In this document: one piece after another, positions 24,141 through 38,000 of the stretch | Position numbering within the stretch: position 1 is the first letter of the stretch | How the letters are laid out: each line of letters begins with the position of its first letter | Source of the DNA: Eledone cirrhosa | Lineage: Eukaryota | Assembly: GCA_964016885.1 (NCBI GenBank) | Contig: OZ024754.1 | Location: 8,556,001-8,620,000, forward strand | Reading direction: 5' to 3' | DNA length: 64,000 nt | Translations under genes and position numbers: made by a program | Notes under the pieces: model-generated | What the model was told of the DNA's origin: nothing | Seen by the model: the letters and a program-made list of their open reading frames with translations, nothing else | The model's database searches: none

Positions 24141-24883
24141 GGTGGGGCATAAAAACTGTTACAAAATAGTTACAACAAATAGTAAGTAATATACTATTAA
24201 ACAACTGCACAAAAATTTATTCGAAATGCTTTCCTCTAGCTCTCACTACCGCTCGAAGTCTTCTAGGAAAGTCTTCGATGGCTGCACAAACAGTTTCCAT
24301 GGGTATTTTCTCCCATACTTTATTCAGTTTTGATTTTAGAGTTTCAATATTTTGGCTAGGAGTAGAGCAGGCATCTTTTCAATTGTAGCTGCAGAAAGAA
24401 GCTGCCTCTGGTGACATCCCCAGATCATCTCGACATATCCTCCGCATAGTTCTCGGCGATATTTCTGCTTCTTCTGCCATTTTTCTCATGGACCTTCTTG
24501 AATTACGCCTTATTTTTTCCCTCACACTTTTAATGAGTTTTAGTGTTCTTGAGGTGCGAGGACGTCCGGATCGAGGTCTGTCTTTGGTCGAGGAAGTTTC
24601 CTTAAATCGATCGATTGTCCTTTTGATCAACATTCTATTGATCTTAAGAGTTTTTCCCAGTTTAAATATCTCGGGTGGAGTCAGGCCTTTTTCATGCTTC
24701 TCTATTATGAACTTTCTTTTCAATTCAATGGGCATTGCAAATTGTTAATGGAGTAATGTTCTGAAAAATAGTTAATATGGTTATAGTGCATGGATTTGAT
24801 ACAAATATATTGGTTATATTAGCAACATAATGTATTTTTAAAATTGATTTAAAACTTTGTAACAGGAATTATGCCCCACCCTG
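24138..24883 (-). mobile_element. Internally deleted Tc1/mariner (maT/DD37D-like) element
   Basis: TIRs CAGGGTGGGGCATAA..CTGTTACAAA; minus-strand HTH region with DRPRSGRPR joined to C-terminal ..FPRRLRAVVRARGKHFE*; DDD core missing. Confidence 0.9.
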
Positions 24884-24887
24884 TATA

Positions 24888-24932
<45 letters not shown>

Positions 24933-24936
<4 letters not shown>

Positions 24937-25965
24937 GACTATCAAGTGGCCAGGAGGGAAGCTAGGAGACAAGTGTACTTCGCAAGAAGGGAAGCAGAGG
25001 AAAGAAAGTTCAAGCATGTTCTACAACGCGAGGACCAAAAACGTGAGGTGTTCAGGATTGCTAGGCAATGTGTCAAGGAAAACCGTGATATCGTCGGGGA
25101 GAAGTGTGTCCTTAATGATGATGGTGTACTTGCCATCACTGACGCTGATAAGAAGGTAGCTTGGAAGTGTCACTACGAAAGGCTACTAAATGAGGAGAAT
25201 AAATGGGAGAAAGACAGTCTCCCCTACATCGATCCAATAGAGGGACCAGGAGTGTTAGTCGGAGGTAGTATAAGTAAGGCAATCAAAGATATGAAGACGG
25301 ATAAGGTGGCTGGGCCTTCGGAAATAGTTGCTGAAATGCTGAAAGCTTCTGGAACGGTGGGACACACCATGGTCACCCGGATAGTAAACCAAGTCATATA
25401 AAATGGGGTTGTTCCGAAGGACTGGCGTAGCAGCAGCATCATTAACTGCTACAAGGGTAAAGGAGATGCCCTAGATAGGAGTAACTATAAAGGCATTAAA
25501 TTAATCGACCAGGTCATGAAGGTCACAGAAAAAGTAATAGCGCAACTAATCAGAGAGAGAATTGATCTAGATGAAATGCAGTTCGGGTTTGTATCAGGTA
25601 AAAGTACCACAGACGCTCTTTTCATTGTACGACAACTAAAGGAGACAGTACCTAGCTAAAAGTAAACCCCTATACTTAGCTTTTGTCGACTTGGAGAAAG
25701 CTTCGACAGAGTCCCCCGTTCCATTATCTGGTGGGCTCTTAGAAAACTAGGTGTTGATGAATGACTTGTGAGAGCTATACAAGCCATGTATAAAGAAACA
25801 GTCAGCAAGGTTAGAATTAACAACGAGTATAGTGAAGAGTTTAGCGTAAAAGTTGGTGTTCATCAGGGCTCCATTCTTAGCCCCCTACTATTTATTATTG
25901 CCCTTCAGGCTATAACAGTGGAGTTCAAGACCGGCTGCCCATGGGAACTCCTAGACGCAGATGAT
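24933..25965 (+). mobile_element. RTE LINE reverse-transcriptase fragment (stops and frameshifts)
   Basis: YKGKGDALDRSNYKGIKL, QFGFVSGKSTTDA, LAFVDLEKA, VGVHQGSILSPLLF, PWELLDADD. Confidence 0.92.
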
Positions 25966-26103
25966 AAAATGCACCTAATACACTCTGTATCCATCCAAAG
26001 AAACCATGGCAAAAGATGGAACGTATAAGAAAGATATAGTTCCCCAACCTGTCAGACCATGATGGCCCATCCAACCCATGCCAACATGAAAAACATATGT
26101 AAT

Positions 26104-27165
26104 ATGACGATGGTGGTGGTGGTGGTGGTGGTGGTGGTGGTGGTGATGGTGGTGATAATGATGTTGACGATGGTGATGACGGTGATTATGATGATGGTGT
26201 TGATGATGACGATGCTGATGATGATGTTGACGATGACGATGGTGATGACGATGATGATGATGATGATGATGTTGACGATGATGATGGTGATGATGATGAC
26301 GATGATGATGATGGTGATGATGGTGACGACGGTGTTAGTATTGACGATGGTGATGATGGTTGTTGACGTTACTAATGATGACGATGGTGATGATGGTGAC
26401 GATGGTGGTGATGATGACGATGGTGGTGATGGTGACGAGGGTGGTGATGATGACGATGGTGATGATGATGACGATGGTGATGATCATGAGGATGGTGATG
26501 ATGATGACGATGGTGATGATCGTGACGATGGTGATGATGGTGATGATGACGATGGTGGTGATCGTGACGATGGTGGTGATGATGATGACGATGGTGATGA
26601 TGACGATGGTGACGATGGTGATGATCATGACGATGGTGATGATGATGATGATGGTGGTGATCATGAGGATGGTGACGATGGTGGTGATGATGATGACGAT
26701 GGTGATGATGGTGATGATCATGACGATGGTGATGGTGGTGATCATGACGATGATGACGATGGTGATGATGATGACGATGGTGGTGATGATGATGACGATG
26801 GTGATGATGACGATGATGACGATGGTGATGATGATGACGATGGTGGTGATGATGATGATGGTGGTGATCATGAGGATGGTGACGATGGTGATGATGACGA
26901 TGGTGATGATGATGACGATGGTGATGATGATGACGATGGTGATGATGGTGATGATCATGACGATGGTGATGGTGGTGATCATGACGATGATGACGATGGT
27001 GATGATGATGATGATGGTGGTGATCATGAGGATGGTGATGATGGTGATGATGACGATGGTGATGATGATGATGATGGTGGTGATCATGAGGATGGTGATG
27101 ATGGTGATGATGACGATGGTGATGATGATGATGATGGTGGTGATCATGAGGATGGTGATTATGAT
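26104..27165. repeat. Cryptic trinucleotide repeat (GAT/GGT/GAC) of ~1.06 kb
   Basis: Continuous period-3 GAT/GGT/GAC/CAT mosaic directly after an RTE/SINE-type tail (CCAACCCATGCCAACATG). Confidence 0.95.
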
Positions 27166-27657
27166 CTCTATTTCGACCAATAAAATCGTTTCCATAGACA
27201 AAAAGCGTTAAATGTTATTATGCATTGCAGTAGCATCATCAATAAAATAATATTCCACAGTCAGATAATTATATGTAAATTGATTTTTAATATTTCTTTT
27301 AAGAAACAGAACACATAATAATTAATAAGAAATTTAATTTTACGGCATTTTAAATAAAGCTGACTAACCAAATCTAAACATGAAGAACACTACAGCATAG
27401 TTATAGAACCCGGAAATATAGGAGGGAGTCTCCAATATAGGAGGGAGTCTCCAATACAAGACTGGAAACTTTTTAGGATACGTTCATCTTAGAAACATAA
27501 AAACATCGTAAATAAATTTTCAACAAACGATTTTTTAAATTTAATTTCAACTTCAACACAACCTCCCCTTCACACACACACACAAATATATTATATATAT
27601 ATATATATATTTCGTTATTTCGTGGGCCGAAGTTCCGATTCTCCGATAATTTATTTT

Positions 27658-27730
<73 letters not shown>

Positions 27731-27733
<3 letters not shown>

Positions 27734-27822
27734 AGTATGGTACCAGGAAAAAACAGGAATATCTAGGCAGGAAGAGAATTGGTCAGATCTACACAAACAA
27801 AATTTTATTTTGACTTATCTTC

Positions 27823-27866
<44 letters not shown>

Positions 27867-27955
27867 GTATGGTACCAGGAAAAAAACAGGAATATCTAGG
27901 CAGGAAGAGAATTGGTCAGATCTACACAAACAAAATTTTATTTTGACTTATCTTC

Positions 27956-28016
<61 letters not shown>

Positions 28017-28104
28017 TATGGTACCAGGAAAAAAACAGGAATATCTAGGCAGGAAGAGAATTGGTCAGATCTACACAAACAAAATTATATTTTGACTTAT
28101 CTTC

Positions 28105-28189
<85 letters not shown>

Positions 28190-28276
28190 TATGGTACCAG
28201 GAAAAAAACAGGAATATCTAGGCAGGAAGAGAATTGGTTAGATCTACACAAACAAAATTATATTTTGACTGATCTT

Positions 28277-28316
<40 letters not shown>
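27731..28316. repeat. 4-copy compound tandem repeat: ~92-bp core plus (GT)n(AT)n
   Basis: AAGTATGGTACCAGGAAAAAACAGGAATATCTAGGCAGGAAGAG.. at ~27733, 27865, 28014 and 28187. Confidence 0.95.
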
Positions 28317-30239
28317 AATGAAAAGTATAGAAATTATTGTGAACAAGAAGCACACAGTATTTCATAATTTATATATGTCACTGATACTACTGTATTCTTG
28401 TCACAAACTAGTTAGTGTGTTGTCATTGCCCTGATTTCGCGTTTCAAACATAACAAAAAAAGAAGAAAAGAAAAAGAAAGACAGCCCATTCTTCTCTCTC
28501 TCTCCCTCTTAAGATATCCTCTCTGTCTCTCTCTCTCTTACCCACGAAACCTGACTTTATTCAACATTGTACGTGTATATATATGATGTCTTGACGACTT
28601 TTCTTCCAGAACTATCGTTATAAACACGAGGTTGACACCAAAGTGTCTTTTACACCAAAGTGTCAAACTGACGTTTCGTATTTCTCTTAATAAAGGTAAG
28701 CTTTTATATGTATATACAGCTTTTTATTGAAATGATCCTTCAAATCTAATAATACCTACTATCTTATTGTTACCGGCAAAGTATTTTCATATATTTCTAA
28801 ATAAATAAATTATAGTAATTTCTAACATCTGCACAAAAGGTATATTTATTTTATTATCAACTTTTGTTTGTTTGTTAGTCAGCGATCATCTAGTATCCCC
28901 GCCCCCACTATCTTTTTAAACATACTTCTCCTTAATTGTGTGTGGATAATATTTAATATGAAATATAATTTACTAAAATACTATTTAAAAATCAAAACTA
29001 GAGAACTAAAATAATTTCCATTGCGTATCAGAACATTTGCAAAATATTTAAAGAAAATCTGGTAAACATCAGTTTCCAAGAATCTATTAATATATTTTTT
29101 CAAACATCTAAAAAAGTCATTTTAAATTAGAAACCATGATTTCATATATTTAGTAATTATTTTTTTACTTAGTCAAATGACAAGAATTTAGAGAGAATGG
29201 AACGTGATCGAGTCATGTATATCTAGTAAATGAATTAGCGACGTTAATGAAGTGAAACATTAAAACTAGGATGGGAAACAGGATTATGATTAAGGTCTCT
29301 GGGGGCTTATTTAATACAACACAGTTCTGATAATAATAATTATTATTATTTTTAATATATACACAAGGCTACGAAGTATGGGAGGGATAGAGACGAATCG
29401 ATTCTGTACATATTTTCATGTCCCAGAAGGATGGGCATGCAAAGTTGACCTTAACAGTAAGATTTCAAGTTAAAATTAAATTAGAAAAAAACTAAATACT
29501 TCTAAGCCGATGTTTTAACTACTCAAATAATAATATTAATGATTTATTTTGTTATATTAATCATAATACTAATAATATCGGCCATTAACCAAGAAAAATA
29601 TGTTAATATATTTCTGGGTGTTGTGTGCCAATTAAAACAGCTGATATATCTGGAGGTCAACTGTTGAATAAAGAAAATTAAACGTTAGACGAATTATAAG
29701 AAAGGATATGGGAACATTACACAAAGACGGGAAGAAATGGTTTCATTACAGAAATTTTGAATAAAGAGATTGGTAAACAAAGAAAGATGTGTCTAAACGA
29801 GGTTTTGAGTCTTCTGAAAGTCAGTGGTCAAACACACATCGACATTTACACTCACTCACTTCTAGATTTGTTCCAACTCATATGATTTACTAATGCGAGA
29901 GCCGTTGGTTACTCGTGCAACACTTTACTTTTATTACACTGACAATAATTCGAAGCTAAAATTGTGAAACGGTTGCGTGTCTCGCTAGAATCAGTACTTA
30001 CACTTGTGAATAATGTGAGTCCACAGTCGCCATTGATGGGACCGATTATTGCTATACACCAGTTCAATATTCAATTTCATCACAGTAGCTTATACATCGA
30101 TTGAATTATATATAATAGATTTTTCTCAATATCTTAAAATTAAAAAATGAACACATAACTGAGTACTTGGTAAAATACATTCTACCATTGTAAATGTAAT
30201 ATATGAACGGTCCCTAACGAACCAAACCATTCATAAGAA

Positions 30240-30372
30240 AGTCTTTTCTATTGGTCAATGTTGAAAGATTATCCAATCAGCTATTTGTTTAGTAAGGAGT
30301 GTTACCAACCTCTGTTAACATAACATGTAAGAAGGCTAGTTTTGATGGCAGACTTCACTAACATAACATACA
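30240..30372 (+). promoter_or_regulatory. Candidate promoter and non-coding first exon of Topors
   Basis: ATTGG and CCAATCAG boxes at ~30250-30280 in repeat-free DNA, followed by donor CA|GTAAGT at 30373; alternative donor AAAG|GTAAG at 28696. Confidence 0.4.
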
Positions 30373-31171
30373 GTAAGTATTTCACTTCATTAACATTTAT
30401 TTATATCTCAAGCTTTTTCACACCTCTCTCTCATCAGCTGAAATAATTCAACGTTGCATCAGCTCCTTAAAATATCTCTTCTACCGATTCGATCATATTT
30501 ATTGCTGTATATTTTCAACGTATTAAACCCAATATGATTTAGATAATATACATAGATATATATATTCTGAGTATTGAATGAGTTCATAAATTAAAAAAAA
30601 ACAAACAATCGAGCAACAAAACGAAGATCAAAATACAGAAAAAAGGGCCAAGCAATAAACGAACCTTCATTCTTTGGTTAACGTCCAAATCTATTAACCC
30701 TATCTTACTGGTTGTTTATTTCCTACCTAGCACCTTTCATTTATCATTCTTTTGTTTGTCTACCTTCTTATTTCTATAACGTATATATCGCTGGAAAATA
30801 TTTTCCTTCTTGATTAACACATTAATAAACGTGTATGTATGCACTCATATTTGGAAATCACACATACACATGCATATATGGCAGTACGTGATTCCAAAGG
30901 CAAGTATATATTTATATATGAGTGTGTGTATGTATATATATATATTCACGCATACATACATACAGAGAGAGAACGAATGTTTATATACTATACATACATA
31001 CATATATATATATGTGTTCTATATATTTATATACACATCTGTCTATATATATATATAGAGAAAGAGAGGAGAGACAACAATATATTTAATACCGACTTCA
31101 AAACGCGCGCGCGCGCACATTCCCATATTAATTTGTTTACTAATTACTTAACGCTTTATATATACATACAT

Positions 31172-31202
<31 letters not shown>

Positions 31203-31769
31203 GTATATACACGCATAATAAATATATGTATATAGACGTACATGTAACACAATATACAACAATAGTGCTGAATGACTGTCAAAATTTCGTCATGGAAAAC
31301 CACCACCGAAATAACCTCTTTAACTAATTCGCACATACAATTCACACATATTTAGTTGTCTTTAATGTGGGAGATCCACCTTCAATATATATCCGGTCAT
31401 CACTTTAGGAAAAAAATTGATCATGGTAACTATTTTGATCGATCTTTGTACAATCGGTCGTGAAATAAAAAAACCAAAATATCTCGTCTGATTCAATAGA
31501 TTCATTGCGTATATTACATACACGGGCTTACCTCAGCGGTTCGTGTGTTTATAAAAGAAAAAGAAAAGTACAGCTCACACTTATGCAGGGTTCGCCTGCC
31601 CCTGTGAGGTTTTTTTTGTGTGTTTTAATTATAGGTGCCCCCAGTCCTACGATGAAAAGTAACGCAAAATGAAGTGTCTTACTTAAGAGCACAACCCTCC
31701 AGCCGGTCCAGAAATTGAACCCTCAACCTTATCAGAGGGAGTCACACACACACACACACACACCCAGCC

Positions 31770-32705
31770 ATGACAAATTCCTCAGCCGCTGCCCCCCCCT
31801 CCCTCGGAGATTTCGCCTCCGCTTCCACGCCACCTCATCCCCTCTCCTGCCGCACCATCGACTCCCCTCCCCCACTCCAAATCTTTCTTGTCCTCTGTTC
31901 CACATGCCACTCCCTCTTCGCTCATTCCATCCTCTTTATCCAAAACCTCAACCATGAACTTTCCTCTTCTTACCTGCACTAAACTCCCCAAACTAAATTC
32001 CCTCTTTCCCCCACCATCCACATGCCCAACATCCCCTCTCAACCACCCACCTCCCTATTCACCCCACCATCCACTCATCACCTAATGCCTCCAACCTCAA
32101 CCCAAACCCACCCATCATTTGTCACACCCCCCCCCCCGACCTTCCTCTCTCTAGACCTGAGTCTTCCATCCTCAGTAGTAGCCTGTGCTTCATACACCGT
32201 ACTGCTTACAGTGACAAATTTCACACATGAGCAGACATTGAACAGTTCCTGTACTGCACGGAACTGTAGACGCATTTCTATGGCACACAACTGGCTCTGA
32301 ATGACTTGGACCACTTCCTGGCCCTGGGCTAACAACCATCTAATTGGATGTCAGTACCCTAGACACTTTCAATTCCTGCCAAAGCGCCACAAACCGGATC
32401 AACACTAAAAACTGAGCAACTTCTCTCGGCTCCCTCCGAAGTCGCGAGGATATCGTCATCAAACCAGCAGACAAGGTCTGCACCATGTTTGGTGTGGTGT
32501 GCAGACCTCTACACAATGGGGGCTCAATGACAACTTAGTACTTCCTCTTCTACCATCCCCTCCCTTCCAATCCCACTCCTCAATACGAGCAACAAATATC
32601 CTCAACCATACAACAACCCATCACCTCCTACCCCCTATCACCACCAACCACGCACCTCCATCGTCTATTTCCTCCCTAAAATTCACAAAGCCGATACCCC
32701 TGGAA
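31770..32705 (+). mobile_element. Degenerate Penelope-like element (pre-RT and RT N-terminus)
   Basis: C-rich DNA encoding DIVIKPADK and YFLPKIHKADTPG, hallmark PLE RT motifs. Confidence 0.7.
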
Positions 32706-33479
32706 TATTCATATACACTCATCTTTTTAAGCCTTTTTAATTAACGTTTAAATAGATAATAAATTGCTTTCTTCCCAATTCTAATTAGTAAACTTTACGT
32801 GATCCATGCTTTAGCTGGAACCGTTGCTCAGTGAAACCTATGCGATGTGATCTAAAACTAGTGATTATTTATCCACCTTCTATCCATAGGACTACATTGT
32901 CCAATGTCACATTTTTAAAGAGAGAATGGTATGGTTTATGGGAAGTTTGACCGGCTGACTAGCAACTACTAGTCTACTAAAGTAAATTATTTATAAATCA
33001 GTTTTGTATGAACAAGACACATTCAGCTGACCTAACAATGCCCACAACAGGCTAGCATGGAGGAATGAACATAAAATGGTGACGATAATGATGATATATT
33101 TATTTACAATGTCAACCGATTAAGATAGATGAGTTGATATTTTTAGTAGCTTTAGGGGACCAAAATAAGGCCGTTACTTAATTTTGTATATTAAAGTGGA
33201 TGAGGTTGGTAAATCTGCTATGATTACATCATCATCATTGTTACGTCCGATTTTCCATGCCGGTATGGGTTGGCTGGGATGTTTTTGAGGCAATGTTTTA
33301 CAGCTAGAAGCCCTTCCTGTCACCAGCTGTTGTAGTTGCCTCTTACGAGATGCAGAGATACGATGTACCTATTCTAAAAATCTGGATATACAGAGTAACC
33401 AAACTTACTGTTATCACCATCATCACCTTCAATCAGCTTAACCTCTGTTTGTCTGTATGGTTGAGATAAACTAATAACG

Positions 33480-34340
33480 GTTTCTGATTTAGGCACAAGG
33501 CCAATAATTTGAGGGAGGAGTCGATTAAATTGACTCCATTGCATTACCAGTGCTTTATTTTATTGTCCCCGTAAGGATGAAAGTCAGATAACCTTGACGG
33601 GATTTGAATTCAGAACATAAAGGATTGTAACTATATGCAGCGAAGCATGTTGTCTGATGCTCTACCGATTCTGCCAATCCACTAATAAGAACATAAAGAG
33701 CTGGAACAAATATCACATGATAATAATACTACTTACTGTCAACTGATTGTGGGGACTGTGACATTAATATCTGATATACCTTCATTAGGTTGGGAAGATC
33801 TAGTGCTTTATTTTGTTGACCCTTTAAGGGTGAAAGTCAGCTAACCTTGGTAGGATTTGAACTAAGAATTTAAAGGGCCATAACTATATACTGCAAAGTA
33901 TGTTGTCCGACACTCTACCGATACTGCCAATCTAATGCTCTTCGTTCATACATAATAATTGTTTCTACTTTAGGCACAAGGCCAGCAATTACCCAGTGCC
34001 TTACTGGTACTTTATTTTATCGACCCCCGTAAGGATGAAAGGCAAAGTCAACCTCGGCGGGATTTGAACTCAGATCGTAAAGGGACGTAACTATGCTGGA
34101 AAGCATGGCGTCCGACTCTCTACCGATACTGCCAATCCACCGCCCCTTCGTTCATACATAATAATATATAATAATACTATTTGTCTTTAGGCGGCGAACT
34201 GGCAGTCATTAAAACGTCGGGTAGAATGCTTTATGGTATTTGTTCCAGCTCTCTGCTCTTAGAGTTCAAATCCTGCCAAGGTTAACTTTGCCTTTCATCC
34301 TTTTGAGGTTGATAAAAAAAAAAATACCAGTCTAGTGCTG
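33480..34340. mobile_element. Cluster of four SINE family B copies (three minus, one plus)
   Basis: Minus copies ~33480-33690, ~33800-33935 and ~33958-34148 (full: A-box TGGCAGTATCGG, B-box GAGTTCAAATCC); plus copy ~34189-34340. Confidence 0.85.
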
Positions 34341-35053
34341 GAGAGTGATGGGCTCTGCCTGGCTTAGAATGCCAAAGAAACGCTGTATTTCAATACAGCG
34401 CCCCCTACGACTCTCAGTTACAGCACCATACATACATACATTTTTTTTTATCTTGTATCATCTATAAAACCTAACTTATCATGGATAGAGGCACAGGCAT
34501 AGCAATGTAATTAAGAAGTTTGTTTCACAACCACATAGTCTTCGGTTCTATCCCACTGCGTGACCCCTTAAACGAATGTCTTCTACTATAGCCCTGGACA
34601 GACCGATGCTAAGGGTTGTAAGAGGGAACTGTGTTGGTTGTAAAACATTGCCTCATAAAGGACCCCATGATGAGTATGAAAACCAGTGTGGCTCACAAGG
34701 TTAGCCCATGCTTTAACAAGAAAAATGGTCTTAAAACACTTGGTGATTACATATGAGGCACATAGTCATTTACTAGCATCTTTCTGGGGGTTAGTGTCAA
34801 CCACACAACACAGGATATCTTAATTCTTGGATATATTAATTTCAGTGAACCTCCATTTAAGATCATCCTTCCAGACCAAGGTTCGTTAACCTTTCTCTAA
34901 ATTGCAGTATTAGAAAGAATTATCTATATGATGATGATGTCCTGAGATCTGTTGTAATGTTGTCTTTCAGATGTCACTGTGACAAACAAAAACTATTACT
35001 ACTTTCACTTTTTTTGTTTTGTTTTTTCATTTTCTTTATTCAGAATTGTGATA

Positions 35054-38000
35054 ATGGAGAAAGGGGAGAGGAAAAAGAAGAAAGATGCTGAAAAAAAGGA
35101 CAGAAGGAAAGGTAAAAAGGAAGGGAGTAAGGGCTCAAGTAGCAGTGCAGTGAGCAGCACTTCTGTGTCTCAGGGCAGTGAGCTGACCAACAATGAGACT
35201 AGTCTAGCCACAAACTCAGCCAATGAGAAAAATATTAGTAACCCCAAAGTTGGGGAAGAAGAAAAAAATGGTGATAAAGAAAGTGATGGAAGCCAACGAC
35301 AGTCTCCTGAGCCGAACTGTTCAATTTGTCTGTCGAAGCTGGAGAATAAATCTTTCACTGACAGTTGTTTCCATACATTTTGCTATGTTTGCCTTTTGGA
35401 ATGGTCAAAAATCAAAACAGAATGTCCACTCTGCAAGCAACCTTTCAAGAGCATTATACACAATGTACGTTCCTATGATGACTATGACCAATATGACGTT
35501 CAGAAGCAGGAGCCACCCAATGAGAAGCGGTTTCGCTATCGTACGACTTTAACAATCGATCGATTGCTTGGTCTGCAAAACCAGCACCAGAGAGATGAGA
35601 TCCTCATGACACCTCAACAGCACGACTACAACACAAGACCTGGTTTGCGTCGTTCTTTACGCCGGTCACAACAGCAGCAAACACAAACAACCTCTGTTGA
35701 ATTCCGACGCAATATATACAGAAATAACTTGCGTGTGGTGAAAAACAGGCATCTACATGGCTATCGTAACATTAAACCTGATTTTCTGAGAAAAAATCCC
35801 ACAGCTGTTCACCGACTTGCTCCTTGGTTAAACCGTGAATTAAATGCATTACTTCGAAACCAAGAAAACCATGTAAAATTTGTAATGGAACTTATTCTTG
35901 ATTTAGTTAAGCGCTATCCAATAAGCAGTGAGGAATTTTACCAACATATTTTTCCATTTGTTGGCCGAAATACATTGCAATTCATTCATGAATTTGAGAA
36001 TTTTGCTAAATCACCATTGCATGATATGCGTTCCTATGATGCTAATTCTCAGTATATGCCATTCACTCAACTGGTGGATACTAGTGAGGCTTCGTCTAGT
36101 GATGATGATGTCATTGTACTTTCACCACGAGAGACAACTACAGCAACTGCTACTGCTACTACATCTGGTAATCAAAGCAGTATTTCACTGTCAATCAGTC
36201 TCGGTCATCCATCGCAGCAAATAGTTATGACTTCCTCTTCCTGGGAGCCATCGACTGAAACCAGTCAAAATGACAGGGAAGGAACTGTAAGTCAAACAGC
36301 GATATCAGGATGGGAGTCTCCTCAACCTGGACCATCAGGTATCTTCAGCAGCACATCAGTTACAGAACCATCGACTAGTGCTGTTGAATCAACCAGTCAG
36401 GATACTAGCCTCGTATCTAGTTCGATGAAATCTGAGCCAACTGACCAACGGCAAAACAAGGACAACAGCAGTTCTGACTCGAGTGAAACGGAGCCGAATA
36501 AAGATGAGGAAAATGACGATGGGGACAGCGATGTGATCATTACCGCCTATGAAAAACCTTGGGCTGAACGTTCCCCGATATTGATATCAGATTTAGAAGA
36601 TGATTCCGTTGAAGAGGAAACCGAGGAACTCAAAGAAAAAGATATGTCAGCTGTTGTGAGGTCAGCTAGTGGCGAAAATGTAAAAGAGATCCACTCTGAA
36701 AAAAGAAAGTCTTTATCTCGAAAAGAGCATGGTCAAAGCAGAACACGTCACAGGTATCTCTCGAGCTCATCTTACAGTGGAGAGCGACGACACCGCCATA
36801 GTCACAGACTCAGCCATTATTCCTATAGCCAATCTAACTCTTCTAGGTCACGGTCAAGATCTAGGTCTCGCTCGCGACGTTCCAAGAGCAAACGAACTTC
36901 TAGTTACTCTAGGGAAGAACGATCTCGCTGTCGGTACCGGCATGACGAATCTACAGCATCCTCATCGTCATCTTTACAGTTACACATCTCGCAGAAATCT
37001 ATAATGTTCCCACTGTCGTGCAACAATTACTATCGGGTTGGCTACCCTCACCGCTCTTCTCAGCCCGAACTTTCCAGTGGTATTTACAACTATGATACCA
37101 ATTACAGTAGTGAATCCTGCAGAAAGAGAGACAGCTACAGAGCTTCAAGCCCTGGCGTTTCTCGAAATCGGTCACGTTCTTCAAGTGTAGAAATCATTGC
37201 TTGCAAGCGGCGTCGGAAGAGTCATAAAAAACACAAGAAACATAAACACAGACGACATCACCGCAGCAAGCACAGCTCATCGAAGTTATCATCCCATTGT
37301 GATTCTGTTTCTGATAATAATTACTTAAGTAATTTAGATGTTGTAGCTCTTTCCCCACCACCAGCATCAGCTTTTAAGAAACACTGCTCAGGACACAAAT
37401 CGTCAAAACGTTACCAAGGGACCAGTTTAAATACAGACGATGTACGCATTATTGACAATGTCCATGAAGATAGTTCTTGTCTGAACAAACTATCTAGCTA
37501 TCGTGAAAAGCCATCATCCACAGCAACCATAGCCTCATGTTCTCATGTACTTGACACTGGTCTCTCTGGAAGTAGCTTATTAGAAGACCTAACAGCAGAT
37601 AATTCTTCATATTTATCTGGTGCAATTGGTGCTGATGTAATTGTTCAGTCACAAGATAATACTAACAAACACTACTTGAAAGATCCACCAGTTCTCAGTG
37701 ACAACCTTAAAAATATTGACCTAGATGATATATCCCATGCTATTAGTGTCCCTGTCTCAACCTGTGGATCACTTGCTGAAATTAATGATCCAGATCTTAA
37801 TCTAATGATGTTTTCAGATTTTTGTATGGATAAAATTAACTCATCTCTTGCTAAAGCTACTACTATGAGTGTCAGCACAGCAAACGAATCTGCTTTTGAA
37901 AGCTATAACTTGCTTTCAAGCAGTTCAATACCAAATTGGCCATGTAGCTCATTGTCTGAAACTTGCTCTGTGACAAATGACAAGAAAGATGGCTCAAATT

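Noticed and set aside
26059-27211. Asp/Gly-rich acidic (biomineralisation-like) protein
   Set aside because: Triplet repeat continuous with a retroelement tail and open in multiple frames
27731-28316. CRISPR-like repeat-spacer array
   Set aside because: Eukaryotic DNA, ~92-bp repeats, spacers are microsatellites, no cas genes
28582-28672. C/D-box snoRNA (ATGATGT..CTGA) with duplicated ACACCAAAGTGTC
   Set aside because: Imperfect C box, no terminal stem, no recognisable antisense element
34979-35053. N-terminal 25 aa of the 1591-aa ORF
   Set aside because: Starts at GTG and covers a polypyrimidine tract and AG acceptor, so it is largely intronic
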